Source: an uncultured Gammaproteobacteria bacterium (lineage in GTDB: Bacteria; Pseudomonadota; Gammaproteobacteria; UBA9214). Taken from it: a DNA stretch of 64,000 bases. Location: the NCBI GenBank assembly GCA_963748215.1, contig CAVVHS010000009.1, forward strand, positions 288,001-352,000, written 5' to 3'. The stretch's first letter is position 1. Each line of letters starts with the position of its first letter. The notes below the pieces were generated by a model. The model ran no database searches, was not told the DNA's origin, and was given only the letters and a program-made list of their open reading frames with translations. Shown here piece after piece: positions 54,595 to 64,000 of this stretch. The translations under genes and the position numbers were made by a program.

Positions 54595-55266
54595 CTACTC
54601 CTGACCTCCTGCCGCGCCGAGCAGATGCAGCATACTGGTGAACAGGTTGAAGATGGCGACGAACAGTGTGACGGTGGCCATGATGTAGTTGGTTTCGCCG
54701 CCGTGAATGATGTTGCTGGTCTCGTACAGGATCAGGCCCGCCATTAGCAGCACGAACATGGATGACACCGCCAGCGACAGGCCGGGCATCTCGAAGAACA
54801 CCGCACCCAGGCCGGCCATGAAGGCGACCAGAATGCCGACCATCAGAAAACCACCCATGAAACTGAAGTCCTTGCGTGTGGTTAGCGCGTAACCCGATAG
54901 GCCGAGGAAGATGGCACCGGTGGCACCCATGGCCATCATTACGACCTGGCCACCGTTGGGCAGGGCCAGATAGGCGCTGAGAATCGGCCCCAGGGTGTAA
55001 CCCATGAAGCCGGTCAGGGCGAACACGAAGGCCAGCCCCAAAGCGCTATCACGGAATTTCGCGGTCAGGAATAGCAGGCCGAAATAACCGCCGAGAGTGA
55101 GCAGCAGCCCCGGATGGGGCAGGTTCAAGGCCATCGAAATGCCCGCTGTCAGTGCACTGAACAGCAGTGTCATGGACAGTAGCGTGTAGGTGTTACGGAT
55201 CACCTTATTGGTGGCTAAGACGGCCGTTTGTGCATGGGTTGCCGCATTTGTTATTGATGTATTCAT
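54595..55266 (-). CDS. yccA: Bax inhibitor-1/YccA-family protein
   Basis: NKVIRNTYTLLSMTL, GFMGYTLGPIL, IIHGGETNYIMAT. Confidence 0.9.
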   Translation of the reverse strand: MNTSITNAATHAQTAVLATNKVIRNTYTLLSMTLLFSALTAGISMALNLPHPGLLLTLGGYFGLLFLTAKFRDSALGLAFVFALTGFMGYTLGPILSAYLALPNGGQVVMMAMGATGAIFLGLSGYALTTRKDFSFMGGFLMVGILVAFMAGLGAVFFEMPGLSLAVSSMFVLLMAGLILYETSNIIHGGETNYIMATVTLFVAIFNLFTSMLHLLGAAGGQE

Positions 55267-55306
55267 GGTGGGTTGTCTCCTGTCAGGGTAATCAAGTGAT
55301 TGCGGT

Positions 55307-55657
55307 TCATTCAGTAATCGCTACCGTGTCGCGCAGACCGGATGCGCGAGCCGTGTCGCGCTGACGCGCCAGCCGACGCCCAACAGTACGCCCGGCACGA
55401 CCGGTCGCACGGTCGATGGCGACGTACAGATCGGCCTCGGTATCTTCGACCACCACATCGGGCAGACCGGTCAGCACCACCCGCAAGTGGCAGCGCTTGT
55501 CCGCTCCGCCCCGCGGGCCGTTGATGTCGGATAGCCGCATCACCACTTGCTGAATGTGATCGCCACAGCAGGTCAGGACGAAACGCAGCCGCCGTTCAGC
55601 ATGGCTGCGCAAGGCGTTGGTCAGTGAAAATTGGCGTGCCTGGATGTCAATCTGCAT
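55307..55657 (-). CDS. HPF/RaiA-family ribosome-associated protein
   Basis: MQIDIQAR.FSLT.AL, LSDINGPRGGADKRC, DLYVAIDRA. Confidence 0.88.
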   Translation of the reverse strand: MQIDIQARQFSLTNALRSHAERRLRFVLTCCGDHIQQVVMRLSDINGPRGGADKRCHLRVVLTGLPDVVVEDTEADLYVAIDRATGRAGRTVGRRLARQRDTARASGLRDTVAITE

Positions 55658-55728
55658 AGGGTCCTCTGCTACTTTGCTGTTGTATGTTTCATGAACAAAC
55701 AGCCTAGGCGGCTTTGGTAAACAATAAA

Positions 55729-55766
55729 AGTCGAATAAAATAGCTATACTATTCGTTAATTACGAA
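55729..55766. promoter_or_regulatory. Putative NhaR box between divergent HPF gene and nhaR
   Basis: AGTCGAA...TTCGTTAATTACGAA (TCG-N7-CGA, LysR T-N11-A). Confidence 0.65.
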
Positions 55767-55781
55767 GTAACGGGAATCCGT

Positions 55782-56681
55782 ATGGTTAACTACAAGCATC
55801 TGCACTACTTCTGGGCGGTAGCCAGGGAAGGTGGCGTCGCCCGGGCCAGCGAACGGCTGCACTTGACACCACAGACCATCAGCGGGCAACTGAGCCTGCT
55901 TGAGGAATATCTTGGGGTGGACCTGTTCAGCCGGGTCGGACGCAATCTGGAACTTACCGAGGCCGGACGATTGGTGTTGAGCTATGCCGATGAGATCTTC
56001 TCCTTGGGCGGTGAGCTGGAAGAGGTGATGCATCAGCTGCCGGAGGGTCGTCCCCAGTTGTTCAGGGTTGGTGTAGTCGATGTGCTGCCCAAGTCCATCG
56101 CCCATCGTATTCTTCAGCCTGCGCTGCAAATGTCGGAGCCGGTGCGCATGATCTGCCGCGAGGCGAGTCTTGATACGCTGTTGGCGGAGCTGGCCGTGCA
56201 CCGCCTTGATCTGGTGCTGGCCGACCGTCCTATCCCTTCCACGGTCAGTACGCGGGCCTTCAGTCATAAGCTCGGCGAGTGTGGGGTCAGTTTTTTTGCC
56301 ACTAAAAAACTTGAAAAGAAACTCAAAGGTGATTTCCCCCGCTGTCTGGATGGTGCACCATTACTCTTGCCCAGCAGCGGCAATCAATTGCGTTCTCGTA
56401 TTGACCAGTGGCTGGACACACATCGCATCCATCCGCGCATGATTGCCGAGTTTGATGACAGCGCACTAATGAAAGCATTTGGTCAAGAAGGGGCGGGGAT
56501 CTTTATCGCGCCCGCCGCTATCGAGGAAGAGGTAGAGTGGCAGTATCAGGTGACCGCGATTGGCCGGGTCGATGAAGTAAAAGAACATTTCTACGCCATT
56601 TCAGTCGAGCGCCGGGTCTTGCACCCTGTTGTCTCTGCAGTGATGGAGGCAGCGCGTGAATCGCTGTTTGCCGATGAATAA
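55782..56681 (+). CDS. nhaR: LysR-family transcriptional activator NhaR
   Basis: NYKHLHYFWAVAREG, LHLTPQTISGQL, AEFDDSALMKAFG, FYAISVERR. Confidence 0.9.
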   Translation: MVNYKHLHYFWAVAREGGVARASERLHLTPQTISGQLSLLEEYLGVDLFSRVGRNLELTEAGRLVLSYADEIFSLGGELEEVMHQLPEGRPQLFRVGVVDVLPKSIAHRILQPALQMSEPVRMICREASLDTLLAELAVHRLDLVLADRPIPSTVSTRAFSHKLGECGVSFFATKKLEKKLKGDFPRCLDGAPLLLPSSGNQLRSRIDQWLDTHRIHPRMIAEFDDSALMKAFGQEGAGIFIAPAAIEEEVEWQYQVTAIGRVDEVKEHFYAISVERRVLHPVVSAVMEAARESLFADE

Positions 56682-56940
56682 TTATGATATGGAAGATGAC
56701 CGATTAGAATGAAAAAGGGAATCCTGACCTCAAGGTGAAAACAGGCGTTTATCACGCCCCCTGGGAAAAGAGTTTCGACAGGATCCTCACGCCTTTTGAA
56801 TAGTTTATACACCGCCAGACCGCCATTGGCTTACAACCGAGGGCCAGGACCGGAATTCTTGCCGTCTCCCTGCTGGCGTGTGTAGCTGGTTTTATAGGGT
56901 CAGCAGGCCAGTAGCGGCTGAGGACTAGCCTGGAGCGAAG

Positions 56941-58146
56941 ATGGCAGCGCACGACTTTTTTCTTACCCTGCTCATTATCCTGCTGACGGCGCGGATATTC
57001 GCCGAGCTGGCCACGCGCCTGCAGGCGCCGTCAGTAATCGGTGAATTATTCGCCGGCGTGGTGCTGGGACCCAGCTTGCTGGGCTGGATCGAGCCGACGG
57101 AGGCGATCCGTCTGATGGCGGGCATCGGCATTATCCTGCTGTTGTTTGAGGTGGGGCTGGAGACAGACGTCAAACGCCTGGTAAGCACAGGCCTGGAATC
57201 CATCGTCGTCGCATTAGCCGGTTTTATCCTGCCATTTCTGTTTGGTTTTGGGCTGGCTTACGGGCTGTACGAATTGCCGTTGCTGGTATCTCTGTTTATC
57301 GGCGGGACACTGACCGCGACCAGCATCGGCATCACCGTGCGGGTGCTCAGCGACCTCAAGCGCCAGCATTCGAAAGAGGGACAGGTCGTGCTGGGTGCGG
57401 CGGTGCTGGACGATGTGATGGGCGTGGTGCTGCTGGCGTTGCTCTACGAGTACTCTATCGGTGGCGGTGTGAGCCTGGTAAACACCGGCAAGGTGCTGAT
57501 CTTCGTGGCGGCGTTTTTTGTGCTGGCGCCGGCGGCCGCCAAACTGATGTCCATGGTCATCAAACGCTTCGATACGACCAGCGAAATACCCGGCTTGATT
57601 CCAACGACTATTGTCTCACTGGTGTTGTTTTTCGCCTGGCTGGCCCATGCCATAGGTGCGCCGGAACTGCTGGGCGGCTTCGCTGCCGGACTGGCGCTAT
57701 CGCGGCGTTTCTTTCTGCCCCTGGGCGTTGCGTTGCATGCCGACGAGGCCTTTGCGGAACGTATCGAAACGCAGATGAAACCCATTGTGCAACTGTTCAC
57801 GCCGATCTTCTTTGTCATGGTGGGACTATCGCTGAACCTGCGCGAGATCGACTGGAGTTCATCCTTCATCTGGCTGTTCTCCCTGTCGTTGCTGGCCGCC
57901 GCTGTTGCCGGGAAACTCTTCGGGGCAGTCCTGTTGAAAGAGAGCTGGCCTGTCCGTTGGATGATCGGCACGGCGATGATTCCGCGCGGTGAAGTCGGAC
58001 TCATTTTCGCCGAGCTAGGCAGGGAGAGCGGAATTTTCAGCAACGAGGTCTATGCCGGGATGGTAATCGTCATCGCCCTGACCACGTTGCTGCCGCCCTT
58101 TGTCATGAAGTGGTATTACGGGCGCTATGGAGCGCAGATGCTGTAG
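56941..58146 (+). CDS. Cation:proton antiporter (CPA2, NapA-like)
   Basis: GIILLLFEVGLETD, TATSIGIT, AAVLDD, MIPRGEVGLIF. Confidence 0.92.
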   Translation: MAAHDFFLTLLIILLTARIFAELATRLQAPSVIGELFAGVVLGPSLLGWIEPTEAIRLMAGIGIILLLFEVGLETDVKRLVSTGLESIVVALAGFILPFLFGFGLAYGLYELPLLVSLFIGGTLTATSIGITVRVLSDLKRQHSKEGQVVLGAAVLDDVMGVVLLALLYEYSIGGGVSLVNTGKVLIFVAAFFVLAPAAAKLMSMVIKRFDTTSEIPGLIPTTIVSLVLFFAWLAHAIGAPELLGGFAAGLALSRRFFLPLGVALHADEAFAERIETQMKPIVQLFTPIFFVMVGLSLNLREIDWSSSFIWLFSLSLLAAAVAGKLFGAVLLKESWPVRWMIGTAMIPRGEVGLIFAELGRESGIFSNEVYAGMVIVIALTTLLPPFVMKWYYGRYGAQML

Positions 58147-58237
58147 TTGATTGCTGTTTGGATGCCGGGCATTGCGGGAAAATCAACGGTAACCGAAAAA
58201 CGTTACGGAGTTGAGGTGTGGTTCAACCGATCATATG

Positions 58238-58276
58238 ATCGGAATATACGAACAAATGGCTTAAAAGATTCGACTT
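58238..58276. promoter_or_regulatory. Putative NhaR box
   Basis: ATCGGAATATACGAA...TTCGACTT, same layout as 48694-48731. Confidence 0.55.
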
Positions 58277-58348
58277 ATCATTACTTCACGAAAGGCATAG
58301 AGTGATCCGTGAAAGCAAAGCCAATAGCACGTTTCCACGGAGGTTCTT

Positions 58349-58516
58349 ATGTCTATCAACGCGTATCAAAAAATACTTGGAGCTATCAGGCAGTGGTTTG
58401 AGATCACCCGGTTTCCCACCGGGTATCTTCCCGTCAGGGTGCGGATTGATGAGGCAGGGCATTATCAGCCTGTGAGAATTCGGGAATATCGAGCCTTACA
58501 GCAGAGGTTCAAGTGA
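58349..58516 (+). CDS. Small hypothetical protein (55 aa), not in the ORF track
   Basis: RBS GGAGG; MSINAYQKILGAIRQWFEITRFPTGYLPVRVRIDEAGHYQPVRIREYRALQQRFK; TGATG overlap with the next gene. Confidence 0.55.
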   Translation: MSINAYQKILGAIRQWFEITRFPTGYLPVRVRIDEAGHYQPVRIREYRALQQRFK

Positions 58517-59043
58517 TGAGCGAGTCAATGATGCGTACTGGTGGGCCTGTTTTGTTGCTGATACTGGTCCTGTTTCAGGCAAGCCCGGTGCTGGCCCGGA
58601 GCGATGATGTTATACAGCGAGAGATCGAGGCGCAGATCGCAGAGTCTGCGATACTGCGTGACACCCTGATCGAGGTACGCGTGGAAAAACGGCTGGTAGT
58701 GCTCACAGGACAGGTTAGGCTTTACGAGCAGAAGCTGATCAGTGACCGTATTGCCTGGACTACGCTGGGCGTGTTCGAGGTGGACAACGAAATACGGGTG
58801 GCACCGAAGGTGCCAGTGGCGGATGCGGCAATCGAACATAAGATCAGGGAGATCGTGAAAACTGACGAGCGCTTCCATGGTGTCGGGGTGGTGGTCGCGG
58901 TTGACAATGGCGTTGTATCTATCCAGGGCAGTTTTTTCGGACTGAGTGATCCGGTTTTCCTGAAACACAAGGTGGCGGAAATCGAAGGGGTGGTCGATAT
59001 CAATATTCGCGCCACGTTCCTTGCCCGGTCAAGCGGAACCTAG
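58516..59043 (+). CDS. BON domain-containing periplasmic protein
   Basis: Signal peptide; two BON domains (SDDVIQREI...VVLTGQV...GVFEVDNEI). Confidence 0.85.
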   Translation: MSESMMRTGGPVLLLILVLFQASPVLARSDDVIQREIEAQIAESAILRDTLIEVRVEKRLVVLTGQVRLYEQKLISDRIAWTTLGVFEVDNEIRVAPKVPVADAAIEHKIREIVKTDERFHGVGVVVAVDNGVVSIQGSFFGLSDPVFLKHKVAEIEGVVDINIRATFLARSSGT

Positions 59044-59099
59044 GATATATCATGCGTAAATCCACAGAGAAAGCTGCTGAATAATGACCTCCATATATG

Positions 59100-59270
59100 A
59101 CGAGTCTTTGCCGAAATGGCGTCGCTGCTGTTGGTAGCCGACGTCGTTAGCGCTATCGGTGTGCGTTTCGGCAGCCGCTGATCGCCGCCTTCATGGCTGT
59201 CGGCATATTGGTGGGGGCGAGCGTCACACGGGTCCTTCATGGCCGAGAAGGTAGACCTTTTATCGGACCG
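59100..59270 (+). pseudogene. Degenerate 5' fragment of a cation:proton antiporter gene, paralogous to 62060
   Basis: GTCTTTGCCGAAATGGCG...ATCGGTGTGCG...CAGCCGCTGAT...GGCAT aligns by eye with 62072-62180. Confidence 0.6.
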
Positions 59271-59329
59271 CCTGCGTTCGTGTTGTATATTTAGTTTGAA
59301 ATAGGCCCGTGACTAATAGAAACGTCAAC

Positions 59330-62053
59330 ATGGATACCTTGCTTTCAAGACATTGGCATCATCTGCCACGCGATGAGATCGCCACACTGCTGGAGTCGGA
59401 CGCTGCCAAGGGACTCGATATCTTCGAGGTGGCGCACCGGCAGACGCATTTCGGGCCGAATCGCCTCACCCTGAAGAAAGGCAAAAGTCCGCTGCTATTA
59501 TTTCTGCTGCAGTTTAATCAGCCGCTTGTTTATATCCTGCTGGGCGCGGCGGCCGTCACTTTCGCACTGCAGGAATGGGTTGATAGCGGTGTCATCTTCG
59601 CTGTCGTGCTGGTCAATGCCATTATCGGTTTCATCCAGGAATCAAAGGCATTAAAGGCCATCGAGGCGCTGGCACATGCCATGGAGGGCATGGCGACCGT
59701 CGTCCGGGCGGGGAAAAAAGAAAAAATCGCCGCCACTGAACTGGTTCCCGGGGATCTTGTGTTGCTGCAGTCCGGAGACAAGGTGCCCGCGGACCTGCGC
59801 CTGCTGCGTACCCGGGAACTGCAGATCGATGAGTCGGCCTTGACTGGCGAGTCTGTGCCGGTGCAGAAGCAGCCGGAACATCTGGCGCAGGAAACGCTGC
59901 TTGCCGACCGCAGCAATATCGCGTATTCGTCCACCCTGGTTACCTATGGCACCGGCGCAGGGATTGCTGTTGCCACGGGTGACGGCACCGAGATCGGACA
60001 GATCAATGCACTGATCGCCAGCGCAGATACCCTGGCAACCCCCCTGACCAGGAAAATTACGCACTTCAGCGGAATTTTGCTGTGGGTCATTCTGGGCCTT
60101 GCCGGCTTGACCCTGCTGGCTGGCTGGTACCACGGGACACCCCTGCTCGACAACTTTATGGCGGCAGTGGCGCTGGCCGTTGGTGCGATACCGGAGGGCC
60201 TTCCAGCGGCGATGACTATCATGCTGGCAATCGGCGTGAGCAAGATGGCGCGGCGTCACGCGATTATCCGCAGGATGCCAGCTGTTGAAACCCTGGGCAG
60301 TACGACCGTCATCTGTTCCGACAAGACGGGCACCCTGACCCAGAACCAGATGACGGTGCAGCTGGTCTGTACCGGCGGTAACTGTTACGAGTTCACGGGC
60401 GTGGGTTATGCGCCGCAGGGAGAGGTTTGCCTTGATGAATCCGCAATCGATCCAGAAGCGCATCCTGTCCTTGTGGAGTGTCTCAAGGCCGGCCTGTTAT
60501 GCAACGATTCATGTTTAATCAACAAGGGCGAACAGTGGGGCATCGAGGGAGATCCAACAGAAGTTGCCTTGATTACCGCAGCAGCCAAGGCAGGGCTTTC
60601 ACGGGAGGTGCTGGAGCAGGAATTGCCCCGCATCGATACGTTGCCGTTCGAATCCCAGCATCAATATATGGCCACGCTACACGATGCGGGAACAGCGGCA
60701 GCGGCTGTTATTTATTTGAAGGGTTCCGTTGAAAGCGTGTTATCGCGCTGTCGCGACGCCTATGCCGCAGGACCTGAGGCCGGGTTGCTAGATCCGGCAA
60801 GTGTTCATCGCGAAGTGGAGGAGATGGCGGCAAGGGGATTGCGGGTGCTGGCTTTTGCACGCAAGGTGGTGACTGCCACAAGTCAGTCGGTCTCCCATGC
60901 CGACGTGGCTGATGGCCTTAGCTTTCTTGGTCTGCAGGCCATGATGGATCCTCCGCGACAGGAGGCGATCGCTGCCGTCAGTGCCTGCCAGCGAGCCGGT
61001 ATCCAGGTCAAGATGATTACTGGCGATCATGTGGCCACGGCTGCGGCGATCGCGCATCAGATTGGACTCAAGGGCGCCGCTGGAAGTGACCCTGACAAGT
61101 TCGCTGTCAGCGGGCACAGGCTGTCGCAATTGGTCGATCATGAGCTGGTGGATGTCGCCTGGCAAACGACTGTGTTTGCACGCGTTTCACCCGAACAAAA
61201 GCTGCGCCTGGTGGAGGCGCTGCAGGCCGCAGGCCACGTGGTTGCAATGACGGGCGATGGCGTCAACGATGCGCCCGCGCTCAAGCAGGCCGATATCGGC
61301 GTTGCCATGGGTGTGGGAGGCACCGAGGTGGCTAAAGAGGCGGCTGATATGGTGCTCACCGACGACAACTTCTCGACCATTGAGGCGGCTGTCGAGGAAG
61401 GCAGGGCGGTGTTCGACAACCTCGTTAAGTTCATCACCTGGACCCTGCCTACCAACATCGGAGAAGGGTTGGTGATACTCGTTGCCGTATTCGCCGGCCT
61501 CACACTCCCCATTACACCGGTCCAGATTCTATGGATCAATATGACTACAGCCGTGTTGCTTGGTCTGATGTTGGCCTTCGAGGGTAAGGAGCCGGGGATC
61601 ATGGAGCGTCCGCCGCGACGTCCGGAGACGCCGGTCATCACGACGGAGCTTGCAGTACGTGTCGGTCTCGTGAGCCTGATGCTATTGCTTGGTGCCTTTG
61701 GTCTTTTTGAATGGACGTTGCTGCATGGCAGGAGTGTCGAAGCGGCGCGAACCGTCGCAGTTAATATGTTCGTGTTCGGTGAGCTCTTCTATCTCTTCAA
61801 TTGCCGATCGTTGCGGTACTCGATGTTCAAGCTGGGCGTTTTTTCGAACCGCTGGCTCATCCTCGGTGTGGTTGTAATGGCCTTGCTGCAAGTCTTGTTC
61901 ACCTATACCCCGGCAATGAATCAATTATTTGGAACGGCCCCAATGGAGACTACCGAATGGGTGTGGGTTCTGACTGGCGGATTGGCTATCTACACGGTGG
62001 TGGGCACCGAGAAGTGGCTGCGTCGTCGCGCCGGCGATGAGATAGGCAACTAA
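59330..62053 (+). CDS. Cation-transporting P-type ATPase (type II)
   Basis: LTGES, IPEGL, CSDKTGTLT, MITGDH, TGDGVNDAPAL. Confidence 0.95.
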   Translation: MDTLLSRHWHHLPRDEIATLLESDAAKGLDIFEVAHRQTHFGPNRLTLKKGKSPLLLFLLQFNQPLVYILLGAAAVTFALQEWVDSGVIFAVVLVNAIIGFIQESKALKAIEALAHAMEGMATVVRAGKKEKIAATELVPGDLVLLQSGDKVPADLRLLRTRELQIDESALTGESVPVQKQPEHLAQETLLADRSNIAYSSTLVTYGTGAGIAVATGDGTEIGQINALIASADTLATPLTRKITHFSGILLWVILGLAGLTLLAGWYHGTPLLDNFMAAVALAVGAIPEGLPAAMTIMLAIGVSKMARRHAIIRRMPAVETLGSTTVICSDKTGTLTQNQMTVQLVCTGGNCYEFTGVGYAPQGEVCLDESAIDPEAHPVLVECLKAGLLCNDSCLINKGEQWGIEGDPTEVALITAAAKAGLSREVLEQELPRIDTLPFESQHQYMATLHDAGTAAAAVIYLKGSVESVLSRCRDAYAAGPEAGLLDPASVHREVEEMAARGLRVLAFARKVVTATSQSVSHADVADGLSFLGLQAMMDPPRQEAIAAVSACQRAGIQVKMITGDHVATAAAIAHQIGLKGAAGSDPDKFAVSGHRLSQLVDHELVDVAWQTTVFARVSPEQKLRLVEALQAAGHVVAMTGDGVNDAPALKQADIGVAMGVGGTEVAKEAADMVLTDDNFSTIEAAVEEGRAVFDNLVKFITWTLPTNIGEGLVILVAVFAGLTLPITPVQILWINMTTAVLLGLMLAFEGKEPGIMERPPRRPETPVITTELAVRVGLVSLMLLLGAFGLFEWTLLHGRSVEAARTVAVNMFVFGELFYLFNCRSLRYSMFKLGVFSNRWLILGVVVMALLQVLFTYTPAMNQLFGTAPMETTEWVWVLTGGLAIYTVVGTEKWLRRRAGDEIGN

Positions 62054-62059
62054 ATAAGT

Positions 62060-63707
62060 ATGTTTCCTGACGTCTTCACTGAAATGGCGGTGCTGCTGCT
62101 GTTGGCGGCCGGCGTGGGTGCCATCGGTGTGCGCCTGCGACAGCCGCTGATTGTGTCCTTTATTGCGGTGGGCATTCTGGTCGGTCCCTCGGTGCTGGCT
62201 TGGGTAAGCGCGAACGACCAGATCGATCTGCTGGCGAAATTTGGCATCACCTTGTTGCTGTTCGTTGTCGGGCTCAAGCTGGACCTGCATATCATCCGCA
62301 CCATGGGGCCCGTGGCGCTGGCAACGGGGCTTGGCCAGGTCATATTTACCAGTGTCATCGGGTATTTCATTGCGTTAGCGATGGGCATGGCGCCGATTTC
62401 CGCCCTGTATGTGGCGGTCGCATTAACCTTTTCCAGCACCATCATTATCGTCAAGCTGCTCTCTGATAAACGCGAGGTGGATACGCTGCACGGCCGCATC
62501 GCCCTGGGTTTCCTGATCGTGCAGGACCTGGTCGTCGTGTTGGTCATGATCGGTCTCAATGCCCTGGGCGAGACCGGTGAGGCCTCTGTGGCTCACACGG
62601 CTTTTACCGTGTTGATGAAGGGTGTTGCGTTTCTGTTGGTCATTGCCTTGGTCATGCGCTATATCCTGCCACGGCTGCTCCATTTGCTGTCCCGCTCCCA
62701 GGAACTGCTGGTACTGTTTGGCATTGCCTGGGCCGTGAGCCTGGCGATTCTGGGTGATACACTGGGTTTCAGCAAGGAGGTGGGCGCCTTTGTCGCCGGG
62801 GTGTCATTGGCTTCCACACCCTACCGGGATGCGCTGGGCGCGCGCCTGGTAAGCCTGCGTGATTTTCTGTTGCTGTTTTTCTTCATCGATCTGGGGGCAC
62901 GACTCGACCTCGGACTGCTGGGTGCCCAACTGGTAGAGGCTTTGGTGTTCTCCTTATTCGTGCTGATCGGGAATCCGCTGATCGTGATGGTCATCATGGG
63001 AGCGTTGGGGTACCGCAAGCGTACCGGGTTTCTGGCGGGGCTTACGGTGGCGCAAATCAGCGAATTTTCCCTGATTCTGGGAGCGTTGGGATTGAGCCTC
63101 GGTCATATTGACGCCGAGACCATGGGGTTGATCACCCTGGTTGGCATCATCACTATCAGCGCCTCGACCTATATGATCATTTATTCCCATCCGCTCTATG
63201 AATGGTTGGCACCCTGGCTGAAGGTGTTCGAGCGCCAGCGTCCCCACCGGGAGCTCGGGCAGGGCGTGGCGCCTGAGGACGGCGTCGCGGAGATCATACT
63301 TTTTGGAATGGGGCGCTACGGGTCCGGCATCGCGCAGGCACTGCGGCAGCGCGGCTGCCGGGTGCTGAGTGTCGACTACAACCCGGAACTGGTACGCTCT
63401 GGCGACAGCCATGGGCTATCCGGTGCTTTACGGCGATGCCGAAGATCCCGAGTTCATCGCGTCGCTGCCGTTTGCACGCACCCAATGGGTCGTCTGCACG
63501 GTGCGCGAACGTCACGTCAGCCAGGCGCTTATCCATTCCCTGCGAAGTATGGGCTATGCGGGACAGATCGCGGTAACCGCCCGCACCCCCGGTGAGGTTG
63601 CCAGACTGGAGCGAGCGGGCGCCGACCTGGTGCTGGTGCCGTATACTGATGCCGCTCGCGAGGCAGCTGGCCGGCTACTGGGACAGGATTCCCCGGTGAT
63701 ACCGTGA
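62060..63707 (+). CDS. Cation:proton antiporter (CPA2, Kef-like) with TrkA-N domain; apparent frameshift near 63418
   Basis: FSSTIIIVKLL, LIVQD, AQISEFS, GMGRYG; continuation YGDAEDPE in ORF 63369-63707. Confidence 0.88.
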
Positions 63708-64000
63708 CGAGCCGCGTTCTCAAGACCAGTCATTCTGGCTCGTGGGGTTGCTGATGGAATTGGTCTCTTCCTGGCATTCGGCAGCACACGATCTGTGGCC
63801 AGGCAGACAGAGTATTAGTCGCTTATCTGATGGGGGACATGGCCAAGGCCAAGGTCTTCGGTACTATGTGTCTGGAACGGGTGATGGCTACGACTGCGAG
63901 GCTGCGCAGTTCTCTCGCCAGGGTACTGACGAATGACATTGATGAAGGCGAAAATCAGTTGGTCGACCATCGTCTCGCGGGGGCTTCTGTTCACACTCAT

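Larger units (their letters stand above)
47090..64000. mobile_element. tRNA-Lys island 4 (right end not in window): cation/stress cluster
   Basis: Begins with the conserved left-end block after junction 3; extent inferred, no right boundary seen. Confidence 0.6.

Noticed and set aside
63815-64000. Possible degenerate ECF sigma factor or other gene fragment at the window edge
   Set aside because: Similarity is too weak and the region is truncated by the window end.

Overview
Gammaproteobacterial chromosome segment in two parts. (1) 1-22,650 is GC-rich core genome: clpB 3' end, an SDR, an outer-membrane barrel, an Atm1-type ABC exporter, an FmdB zinc ribbon, aspS, an SGNH hydrolase, yebC-ruvCAB, ybgC-tolQRAB-pal-cpoB, queE, queC, a YeeE/YedE transporter and tRNA-Lys(TTT). 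The intergenic spaces hold many REP/MITE-type repeats. (2) From the tRNA-Lys onward is a tandem array of at least four integrated islands, separated by three copies of the tRNA-Lys 3' half (29892-30022, 40262-40389, 47090-47216). Each copy has the same 82-nt multi-hairpin insertion in the T-loop and is flanked at near-fixed spacing by arm-type direct repeats, IHF-like sites and 10-bp-phased TGCA repeats. None of the three complete islands encodes a recognisable integrase. Cargo: island 1 has a CBS protein, an AttH-like lipoprotein with ABC transporter, a Y1 transposase and a PIN TA. Island 2 has an unknown 433-aa protein, AbiE type IV TA and Wadjet jetABCD. Island 3 has an MscK-like channel, an identical Y1 transposase and a Phd/RelE TA. 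Island 4 runs off the window and holds an NhaR-associated cation/stress cluster with antiporters, a P-type ATPase, Usp, HPF and an aeRF1-like protein. Several isolated frameshifts in housekeeping genes look like sequencing errors. All calls come from reading the sequence; no database searches were run.
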